Assembly: GCA_964187785.1 (NCBI GenBank)
Contig: OZ076421.1
Span: forward strand, 48,112,001 to 48,176,000
Source of the DNA: Amphiscolops sp. MND2022
Lineage: Eukaryota
Reading direction: 5' to 3'
DNA length: 64,000 nt
The translations under genes were made by a program, and so were the position numbers. This document shows positions 40,301 to 52,300 of this stretch, piece by piece (position 1 is the stretch's first letter; each line of letters opens with the position of its first letter). The notes below the pieces were generated by a model. It was not told the DNA's origin. It ran no database searches and saw only the letters and a list, made by a program, of their open reading frames with translations.

Positions 40301-43300
40301 TGTTCAAAAACTCCCAAAGGGCCCCTTTTTACATTTTTCGGCACTATGCTACTTACCGGAGACGAAAAAAATTTCAAAAAAAAACTTTTACAGAATTCTG
40401 ATTTTTTTCAAGTTTTTCTTCATGCGTGTACTGTAGAAGAGAATTCTTGACACTTTGTTATGTTTCTTTTGCTATGTTTGAGCCTTAGATATGGCGCCGA
40501 CTTGGGCCGTTCCCCGCTTGTTCTGTCATATTTTTTGTCGGCATAACAGATTTCTCTTGTTTGGTTGTTCATCAGTTTTTGTCTTGGCCAAGTCTAGGCC
40601 ATAGATTTCTTAGTCCGGACCAGGCCAATTGTTGGCAATTGATTTGGCTAATGTGTATCATGTCAAAAAATTCGTTGTCTGGACAAAGTCTGGACGACAA
40701 ATGTCTTGTGTGGGGCAGATTTGGATCATCGGTTTCTTGATCTTAGGTCACAGAGTCTGGGCCGGAGTGTTCAATCCAGAGTTCGCGAACCAAAATCTTG
40801 TCACGGGTATATGTTTACCTTTCAGATATTTTATATCAAGAATTATAGTGTTTTTTAATCGGCGCTTTTCTTAAGAGCCCGACTATTACAGTCACTCGTT
40901 TTTAGTCGGCGCTTTTATTAATAAAAGAGCCCGACTATTACAGTCACTCGTTTTTTTTTAAGACAGACTCGAAACGACGAACGTTAAAATTAACGTTCAA
41001 AATCTTCAACTAAAGGAAACTAAACGAATACCCCGGAAACGCATTCCAAAGGGTCCCCCCTTTCGTTTTTTACTTTTTAAACGTTACCTACAAACTTGGA
41101 CGGGACTAAAGGGTCCCCCCTTTCGATTTTTTTTCGGCACTGTGCGACTTTTTTTTCGAAATTTTTTTTGTCTCCAAAGGGTCCCCCCTTTCGTTTTTTA
41201 CTTTTTAAACGTAAGCTACAAAACCGACCGAGGCTAAAGGGTCCCCCCTTTTGATTTTTTTCGGCACTGTGCGACATTTTTCGAAAGAAAAAAATTTTCA
41301 AAAATTTCAAGTTTTTTTCCAAAAAAAAATGTTTTGCGCTTTTTGAGCCTTAGATATAGCGCCGACTTTAGACGTTCCCGTCTTGTTTTTATTTAAGACA
41401 GACTCGAAGCGACGAACGTTAACGTTCAGTATCTTCAACTAAACGAATACCCCGGAAACGCATCTAAGTTATTCCAAAGGTTCCCCCCTTTGGTTTTTTA
41501 CTTTTTCTTTACTTTTTCAAGGAAACCCACAAAACCGGACGTGCCTAAAAGGTCCCCCCTTTGGATTTTTTTCGGCACTGTGCGACTTTTTTTTCGAAAA
41601 TTTTTTAATGTCCCCAAAGGGTCCCCCCTTCGAGGTTTTTGATATTTTGCAACCGAATGTATGTAAATAAATCTAGAAGGGTCCCCCTTTTACATTTTTC
41701 GGGCCTATGGGACTTTTTTCGAAAGAAAAATTTTTTTCAAAAATTTCAAATTTTTTTCCAAAAAATTGTTTTGCGCTTTTTGAGCCTTAGATATGGCGCC
41801 GACTTTAGACGTTCTCGTCTTGTTCTCTTTTTTTTTGTGCTGATAGAACAGTGAAAGTCTCACCCCCCATCGGCGATGCAGTACATGGTGATGTTGCGGG
41901 TGCTTCTAGTCTTGTACTCCATGTTGGAGACGGTCGGGTATTTGATCGAGAGGTCGTTCAAGTTGGGCAGGTCTTGACTCATGCGCACGTGGATTCTGGG
42001 CCCCTGCAACAATCAAACAGCAATGGAACAATCCTACCATTCAGAGATTTTTTCAAAAATTTTCAAGTTTCAGCCACTTTTTTTTCAGCGATCCAAATTA
42101 GCGCCAACCAATGGAATGTTCGAATTCAAAATGATTTTCGAAAAATGTTTCCAGCGTTCACTCTTCAAACATGCACACAGTATGAAACAGTACCAGTCTT
42201 TTTTTTGCAAAAACTAATTTGATGTAACATTTAGTTTTAAAACATACTTGAAGTCAAGCATTTGATAGTTCGAAAATTAATTTTCAGCGAAATAGCGATT
42301 TAAAAATTAGCGGTTTAGCGATTGTAAAAACTCTGCTAGTTTGAATGTTTGTATTGGGATATGTTCGTTCGTCCAAAAAATATTGTTGAGTTTTAGAACA
42401 AAATTGTTTCTAAAAAAAGAATTCAGGGCGACAAATATCCCGGCGCTCAGCGGACGTTTTGTTATCCGAAAAACTTTGTGCTTGAGTTTATAAAACACGA
42501 TAAAAGTTTCATAGGCATTACTTTACACTGTTGAACCTTGAAATGATAGTTTTTTCACAAGGGACGGTTCTCTTTTTCATCTTACTTAATTTATTTTACT
42601 TTATTCAATAATTCTACCAGCTTGCCTCTATGAAATCATAGCTGCCGGTCTCTTGTTCGTATTCCTTCTCGTTTCTCACGACACATCTGTACACTCGGTT
42701 GAGATCCTCTCGGTTCGGTTTAATCATGTACAGATTGCCGTTGTTCTCGTCGATGATGAATCGGTTGCTCTGTTCTATGAATTCCTCTTCGGCCAACAAA
42801 GTCCCGTTTTCCAGCAGAATTTGCCGTTTCCAGAAATAGTCCAGGCCTGAAACGGCACTCTGGTAGTTAATAAATATTTTCCCAAATAATTGACGGCCTC
42901 GGGAATCGAACCGGCGATCTCATGATCGGAAGTCTAACGCGCATCCTATTTGGCCAACCTGCCTTATTTTTTGAACGATTTCTATTCGCTAATAAACTGT
43001 TTGCATAGAAACACCAATCGAAGTTCGAATAAAAATTCTTTCACTTTGATTTGCTGACACCAAATAGATTCAAGATTCATGGAAAAAAACATAAAACTCT
43101 CCAATGGACAGATCACAATAAATCTCTCCAGTGAACAGAAATAGTTCCAAAAGTACGGCTACCCAAAAGCCTTCAACGTTGTTTCAGAACTTGCACAAAT
43201 AAATTGGCGACTTGTTTCTTAAGTTTTCATTACAAGGAGAGTCCCAAAGTTTGCGAGTTTCCAGAAAATCTAATTGTAAAACTCTCAAATCTAGAGATAA

Positions 43301-46300
43301 AACCGGAAGCGACCAGTGAATGAATATATAACTGCTAATTAACAATGAAAATCGAACACGTTGCAACAATTAATGGGGGCAAAAAACCTGTTAAACTATG
43401 CACTGAGCGACAAGTTACTTTTGATTTTCCCGGAGTCACAATACCATCACAGCCCCAACGGTTGCCATGACCCTTTTTAGGTGGTCTAGGGTGGCCCAAT
43501 GCAAAATAATTTGAAACTCTTGCCAAGATCTTGCCCATTCTTACATATTCCCGTTTACTCTTGAAAGCCTTGCTAAAATCATCTTTATTCTTGCTTCAGA
43601 CAAACCTCCTAATATTCTTGATAGCAATCTTGGTAAGAGTCTTATCAAGAGTGTCAAGAGAAAGAACAACTTGTAAAGCAAACAATTTTTGTTTACAAAG
43701 ACAGTAGTGGTTCTACAAGAAGAAGCAACATAGCAGCATAGAAAGCAAATAAACAAACATCATTGGCTGAGCAAGGTCTCACGCGCTCATTCCATTGGTC
43801 CAGAGCGATATCCGAAACATCATTTTTTTATTTTTTTTTGAATTTTTGACCCACTTACAATTTTTTGATATCAAAACAATTTTGACAGAAAAATTCACCC
43901 AAACGTTTCGAATCTGCCAATACAGTTGTTTCTCGAAAATATTGTAAATTGTATTAGTATGAGCTTGTTTTAAGTTGATAAACATCAAAATCATATCCTA
44001 ATACATGTATTTTCGAAAAAGTCTATTTTACAGCGTATTTTTACTACGATTTTGAGATGATTTCTAAATCAAAACATATCAACGGCAGAGGGGTGGTCGA
44101 TTGAGCACAAAATTTTTCCAAATTTTTGAGCAAACGCAGATCAAAAGTGAGAAAATTTTGACGTTAATTTAGCTACAAATGGCCTATCGTAACTCTTATA
44201 ATTTTCATCGCATATCCTTCAAACATATTTGTAAACAAAATGAAACTTTGAGAAACTTTAACCTTTGTCATTATTCAAAAATCGCTGCTGTTTTAGAGAT
44301 ATTCTATTTTGAAATTTGCCTTTTGTTGCTTTTAGCTACTGTATATCACTACTTTACTTCGCTATTGTTTACAGAAGCAGCTACACTATTATTGTTTGAA
44401 GTATTGCCTCTTAGACAACTCAAAGTATTGAATTTCAGAACATGATTGTGTTGACTCTCGTCCCGGAGCAACTCGTTTATTTCGATTGGTCTAGATGTAG
44501 GTATTAGACTTTCAGGGCTAGTTTCGTTCACCTCCAGAGTTACAGTATTGGGCGTTTTGCCAGACAACGAGTCTATTTATGAAGGCAGGTCTTCGATCAT
44601 TTTAAGGATTTCTCTCTGTCCCGTTTCGGTGTCTGTTATCCTTCTACAAACAGACTTCTCGATTTTTTTCAGAGATCTCAGAGACATCTCTATCAGATAT
44701 ACTTGGTGCGTTCTCAGTCCGCAAGCTCGTTGCTTCGGGTTCACCTATTGAGCTTGTCAGCGAATCTCTCCTAGCTTTCCTTTCAGATGTTCTCTCAGGA
44801 AGTTTGGTTCACAGTTTCAAAGTATTCAAAGGAATTTTGGTCTAGAAACTTCTGTAAGGCAGTGAAGAAATTGGAGATTTCAAAAGTTATTTATTATCAG
44901 AACAAGTGGCGAAGGTTTGCAAAGTTACAATTATCAACTGAAATTAATTTAACATTTTCAAGATATTCATACCTTCTCATTTGAAAAAGCGGGGGAAAAT
45001 ACGTGCACCTTTTACGCCTCGTTCAGCCCAGCGTCCTTACAAGGCAGGGAAACCAGAAGCTGGGTTCAGCTTTGTCAAACTCAGACCCTCAGTTTGTTCA
45101 TGCTTTCCGAGGAGTCTGAGTTGCGACTCCGCTTCCCTTCACTCCCAATTCCCGCCTTCTCATGACGCCGAAGCTAAACTTGGCGGGGAAAACTGAGGAT
45201 GATTCATCAATTTACAGCTGAGGGAAAAATGCAAATTGGAGAATGACACTCAAGATTTACAAAATGTTTCTCGAACTAATTTAGCAACATTAAATATACT
45301 GCGCAAAATAACGATTGCATCAACAGACGGCAAATTAGCTTGCAGTTTCACTTATAAAGCATCAACAGCACCGACTGAGTGGAAAATGAAAAATCCCGGT
45401 CCCAGGCTGCAGTCCAGGACGTTTGGGAAATTAAACAGAAGTTCACAGGGAATGAGACTACGGTCACAACAGTATGAGACAAATCACGTAAGAAATACTG
45501 CTCAGGTTGATATTTAGCATAACCAAATGGCAATTGGTCCGGGGAAAAGGTTTTACATGACATTAATATGCACTGAGCCATTTGGAAGCAAAACTTAGGC
45601 CCAGGTCGTGGTCCAGGCTCATTTGACAATTAACCGTAATTTACATGAAAATGATATTAAACATTACATTCAGCCAACAAACATCGTTCATAATCGCGAG
45701 TAATGAGCTTCAGGCTCATTTAGGAAAACAGAAATTATTGATAACATTAACCATTTCCACCTCTGCAATATATTTTAGTTCATTTCCATTTCGGGCCGCG
45801 TCCTGGGCCGCAGTATATGACATTTCAAAAAATCGGCACAAATATTTGATTTATCAAACAATTACATGTGTAGCATCATTCTAATTATTATTCAAGGCAT
45901 TAAAACATTTACATGTACTCAACAATAACATTTCAATGTATAACGCCGTGTAGTGCATTTCAACCTCAGGCAACTTGCTAGGCCGACGTCTCGCTGCTTG
46001 AATTTGAGGCCGGCTGCCAGGCCGCAGTTCCGCCATTAAAGTCCTCGACGGCTTGCTAGGCGGTGTGATTCAATTGTTATTACTTATATAGCACTGTATT
46101 AACACTATTAACTGCACAATAGCTTCATATTGTTTGGTACACTGTAAGTATGTATGTATATACTTGTATGTAATTATATGACGATTGATATATAATCCCT
46201 TTCAAGTATTATATTATTTTAGCGCCGTTGTTTTAGATTTAGTTTTTCCCAGTTTATTCTCTGTAGACTAGGTTTTTGTTATAGCAGAATTCACAGCTCA

Positions 46301-49300
46301 GCTGGGGCTGTGACAATGATATCTTGGGTGGTATCGCGAACAGCTGTGGCATAAAACGTGACCTGATCAAGCCACCGGTGGCGTCGGTTTTTGTTTGTTT
46401 TCATCCACTTTTGCCAGTTTTCCTCTTGAAAACAGTCACGATCTTGCAAGATCAATAGTACATATTCTTGACGCTCTTGATAAGAATCTTGCAAAATTTT
46501 TACCAAGAGTTCCAGGATATTGTAAGATTATTATCAAGAATTCCAAACGTTTTCTTACTGGGGGACCACCAACGGGCTAATAACAGAAAGTTTCTAAATT
46601 TTACATTGCGACTTCAAAAAATGCGGTGCTTATATGCGTCCTCAAATGCTACACGGGCCATTATAGAACCTCAAAACAATAATTATAAGGATTAGCAATT
46701 TCAAGAAGTGTTGTGTCTAACAGTGAAATCTTCACAGCATTATTTTCCAACAAATTTTTCAATTCCAAATTTTTGACCTATGGCCGGTCACCAATGTGAA
46801 AATTTTATTTCCACTAAGGGTGACCATCGGCAGCTCAAATGTCTGTACGGATGGCTCGAATACTTACGTTTGAAGAAATCTGGTGCCTTGCAGGCAATTA
46901 TTGCGACGCGATTGGCTGAAACTGTTTCTTCCCGCTCGGTCGGATCAAACTCGCCGACATCTGAAACGAGCAACAATTTGTTCAGCTGATCATTATAGGG
47001 TATTTTTGAATATAATTATGGGATATTTTTGAATATGATTATCATGTTCGATTGTAATCACAAAAATCGAGATGATAAAATAAAAAGAAAAACTAGAAGC
47101 AAAATGTTTTTTTTTTCGCACGACAAAGGGACCTGTTTCTTAGACAGTTGACTGCTCGGCAATGAAATTTATTGAAAAGCTGATTGTTAACTCAGAAAGT
47201 TTGTTAACTCCTACTTCTCATTTTTAAACGACATTATTTTCTCGGTAATTCCAAAGATCTGATATAAAATAATGAACAAAAGCGCAGTGGCGCTGAAGTG
47301 ATATTCGTATACTGATTATACTTTTGGAAAAAAATACGGTACTCAAAATTTGGAGTATCGTATTTTTTTCCAAAAGTATAATCAGTATACGAATATCACT
47401 TCAGCACCACTGCGCCTTTGTTAAAATGCACCACTGCGACTTAGTCAATTGTTTGAAAACGAAAAAACAACGGAATAATAAATTAGAAAGAGCAAGTAAA
47501 TCGCCTCTTCTGATCTGAAAACCTGCTCGCGGATATTTGTAAGTAGTGACCTAAAGGGCAATTCAAAAATACGTATTCCTTCGTTTATCCTTTTGACCTT
47601 TACATGACCTAATTCAAAAAAGGAACTGATATGGATTAACCGTACTTTTGTCGGTACATACATTATGCCACAAAACAATTTAATATTGTTAAATTTTAAA
47701 ACAAACAAAAGTTGAAAACCGACAAATTCGTCAAAAAAAATTACTGTTTTCAAGACAAAAAAAATGGGAATGACGTAAACAATTCGTATACAGCAATTTC
47801 TTCATTGGGAAAAATATCAGGAGTAGATTTCATCAGAGTTCTCATTGAAAAGCTACAGAAACTCGACACGGGTTTGTTGTGAACGAATCTTGGAAAATTC
47901 GTCGGAAACAACTCGCCGGAAACAACTGGTCGAACATACTAGGCGGAAAAATCGTCCAAAAGCAATTCGCCGAAAACCTCCGCCGAAAAACACGTCGTAA
48001 CGATCGAACTGTGATTGTCCTGTTTTGAAGTTCTGAAATATCATGAAGTGTATTACATTGTAAACTATAAACATTCATCATATGAAGCAGTTATATAACT
48101 AAAAACGCGTTATTAGGTGTAAAATTGAAAACTTCACGCATCAGTTATGGAGAATTAATCCATAATTAGCACTAGATAGTCCCTGTGAGTAATCGGTAAT
48201 TATTAGACGAGTTTGCACTAATTTATTACTCGAGTTTATTTTCGACCATTTTTTTGCCCTTTAATTTCGACTAGTTGTTTTCGACGAGTTTTGCGTTGTG
48301 AACTCCCACGCTGGGTGAACCTGTAAGAAACAATTTTAAAAAGTGTACTCCAACAAAAAATTTTTCTAGGGTGGACCTTTCAGGGTAAAAAAGATGTTCT
48401 CTGATCAAAAAACTTTTTTGACATTTTGCCAGCTCTCCGCCAGCGCTTCTAGCCGCTATCGGCGGAAGTTGGAAAAACAAATTGTTTCAATTTTCTTGTG
48501 CGAAAACTAAGATTTTTCGTTTCTTGAGAAAACAAAAATGAAAGAACCAAATCACCATTTGGTTTTCTCTGGTTGAACGCATTTAGCAGCAAATGGTTGA
48601 AAAACTAAAAGGTGACAAAAGACAAAAGAAAGAAAACTAACATGCGGCGTATAGATTCCTCGTTCTGCTGATTGAAGTGCCGGCCAGATTTGAAGCCGAA
48701 CAATGATATCTGAAAGGAAAGCAAATGAGTCAGCTGCGAAAAGAACTTGACAGATTTCAATTCAATCTGTAGAAAAGAATTGACAAAGCTGTGTCACAAC
48801 AAAATGTGCATACAAGATACTTGTATTTTTCAATGAACTATACACAAAGCGCGAATTGTTCGAGGGTACTAAAAACTCAGCCGTTTCCATGGACGAAAAG
48901 TTTATAGTTCGATGGAGCAATAAAATTTACTTGCTTTTATCTTTTCATTATTTCAATGATTTGTGATAACTTTCTTCATGATCTGTCGTTAATGAACTTA
49001 GCAGAGATCTAAAGATTTTCTAAAGAGCTGAAATAGTTTTGATTTAACTGAGGGTTTTATGATGTTTTTAGTTACCACATTCTGCAATCAAAAATCACGA
49101 CAAACTCTGAATGCTGCACTTTTTCAGCCTAGAATCTGAAGCGCAACCAAAGGGTCCTGTCTTGAGACCAAAAGCTTTTTTTTGTATTTTCAACAATTTT
49201 CGACCGAAGGATCTCATCGTTATTTCTTATATTTCTCAGATAGGAAAACTCTTTTTCAAGTCCAAAACGTACCCCTCGGATGTTTTTTTCTGGACCTAGT

Positions 49301-52300
49301 ATTCTCAAAAAGAGCTTTTCAACAACTGTTGTTCAACTATCTAGTTGAAAGACGTTGCACTTTTGGAATTTTGACCCCAAATGGACGATGGTACGATTTC
49401 GCAAGCTTCGTACGTTTTTTTTCGTACGATTTCGCAAGTTAGTTTCTGCAAACTTCTGAAGGCACCAGCTGTCCGTATAGTAAAGAAAACCAAGAAAAAA
49501 TCAATTTGAAAGCCTTGATTGTCTTTTTCCAAGCGCTATAAATTGTTAAGATGAGAACAGTTTGGGAGATATTGCGACTTAAGGTTTAAGCACCGGATTT
49601 TTGGATGGATCCGGAAATTTCTTCGTCCCTTTAGGGTTAAAGGGCGCCACTGGAGACATTCCAGTTTTTTTTGTTTTCGACTTACCCGCCCTCGTCTTTT
49701 TCGGTGGGGTTGTTGATATCCAGTCTCCCTCCTGCCATCGAGATGTGACTGTTCTCTGGATTGGCCACCTGGATCTCCACATTGTCTCGATACCATCTGG
49801 AAAAACAGAAAAACAGAAAAAGTAAAAATCGACTCAATAGCTTTACAGTGCGTATGTGGAATTATAACATCTGAAGAAACAATATCTAAACCAATCAGAT
49901 CTCTTGAACTAACAGGATGAGTCTTTTACAACCCAATGCGCCCTCATGTATTTTACTTAGGGTTAGTAGATGAGTATCTTGGACAAGTATCCATATCGTG
50001 GAATTGACTGGTGAAGACTTACGCAATAGTCCGAGTTTGTTGACATAAGGTTCGCTCCGCGCAACATAGGGGTCTGAGAACGCGTGCAAACGACTTAATT
50101 TTCTCAAGGCTATCGATTCGAAGTATAAAGCGACTAATTTTGAAGCGTTATCATTGCAACCCTTGCGGTGCTTATTGCACGGAACCCAGGGGAGATACGA
50201 GAGCGGGTGCAACGAGTCAAAAGTTGAGTTAACACTTCTCGTATGTTTCAGCGCGATTGGAAAAGAGCTTGGCAAAATGGGGGTGGTGTTAATCGGCACC
50301 TCTTTTTCTTTATAAAAATGTTATCTCTTAAATCAACTTTGCTCATCTAATCCGTTTACCAAATGCAACTCGAGGTGTGCGTACAGAACGATGTGCCAAA
50401 CGTACAAAAAGATGTATCAATAATACAAGATTGAATCTTCCCAAGATGGAAAAAGTATTGCTACAGCATTTTTCTCAATTCTCGTTCTAAAGTTGTTCTA
50501 AAATGACTTGAAACAGCCATTGTATTTGGTTCTTAGGCATAACATTTTCTTATGAAATATGTACTTAATTTCCGGTAATCATTCAATTGATTGCCATTTA
50601 TGGGGTACCCTAATTTTGATTGCCTACGAGAAGTTGGAAATTGCTCGGAAGATTTTCAAGGATTTTCCATGCAAGTTCCCTGAATTTTCCATGTTTTGTA
50701 AAAATCATCCTGCATGCTTCCATGCAGCATGTAAAAACTTCAAGTAATCTCGACTAGGGCAGTCTTGCTTGTAAGGCTCCTCAAGTAACTGTAACCACGC
50801 GTACTTGTAGAATGAAATGCTGTCCATGTCTTCGGAAGCCTTGCAGACGAAAGAAGCGAAGTGGAGAGCATCTGTGTTTTCTTTGTTGAAGTAGAAATTC
50901 CGGGGCTGTTCCGTCACTTTGGGGCCAATGTATGTCTCGTCCAGGTCGTTGGTAAGTTCTTTGACATAGTCCCACTCCAACATGGTACATCGCTCCCGGT
51001 CATCGCAACGACTCTCGGCGAAAACTAGATCTGAGGACAAACAAAGCGAAACTAACTAAAGTATATATTTTTTTAAAATGGAAACTATAAATTTCCTTTA
51101 AAAAAGGTAACTATAATTTTCTTTCTAAAAAGGAAACTATAATTTTCTAAAAATGGGAACGATAATTTTCTGAAACAATAACACTGAATGATTATACCTT
51201 TGTTATTAAAACCAAATGAACTTAGTTTTAAAACAAATCAATATACTACGCTGAATGAAATTCAGATAAGTATTAAAATCGATGTGATTCAATTTTCAAA
51301 AAGATGTGAAGAATTTTCAAAAAATCAAGGGTTTAATTAAATTTAAAATCTTTCCAACACTTTTTGTTATATTCGGGTAGGTTTATTTCTGAAGAGAGAA
51401 TAGTCTAGACAACAGTAATTAGATACCTGCCAATGAACTTACATTGTCCTCTAGACTATATTCATTTGATGCAAACTTTACGTTGAGTACAGTGATACTT
51501 TGTATGTTACATTACCTACACATTCTTAACTTGAACATCTTACTTCAAACTTTTTATCGAGTCTATAACATGGCGCAGTCATAGAAGTACGAACAAGAGA
51601 AGAAAACCGATGGAAAATACGAACAACAACAACGAAACCGACCCAACGGCGGTCAACCAAACAACAGTCGAAAGGACTGAAAGAAACAAGTACAAGATCC
51701 CGATCTTATCGGATAGAGAAACTGACCTATCAAAAGCCAATCCCAAAATGTGGTGGGAACAAATATCCGAATACATAGATTTGACATACCAAAAGAAACT
51801 GGACGAGCTGATGGAACAAGGGACGGACTCCATGGACCCTCATACAACCTATCACATCAAAGGTGATGTTATATGGGCACTGGGCCCAAAAGCAAAGCAC
51901 GAAATCATGAGAGGTCAATGGGGAAAGGAACTTAAAGATATTAGTCTCCAAGAGTTGTTGAAACTATTCAAAAAGACCTTCCTACCAACCAGGAATGTAT
52001 TCCACAGCCGGGCCCAATTCTTTAATATCAAGCAAGAAGATGGCGAAACCCTAGACGAGTACTGGAAGAGGCTGGTAGACATCGAAAGAAAGTGCGAATT
52101 TAACACCATCACACCCGAAGACATCATTTCATACAAATTCGCAGCAACCATAAACGATAAAAAAGCCCGAGATAAATTCATCAAAGGCCCACTGAAATTA
52201 TCACTGATATTGGAGACCATTGAGCTGGACAACTATAACCGTAAATATGGAGACAAACAAACAACCTACAAGAGACAGCGGAAAAACTCATCCGAAAGCA

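Noticed and set aside
42892-42960. Functional tRNA gene
   Set aside because: A and B boxes are present, but the acceptor and anticodon stems do not pair properly; treated as SINE or pseudogene.
44981-45196. GC-richer 71-aa ORF as an extra exon
   Set aside because: Exons 5 and 6 already join in frame, and there are no convincing splice sites or motif.
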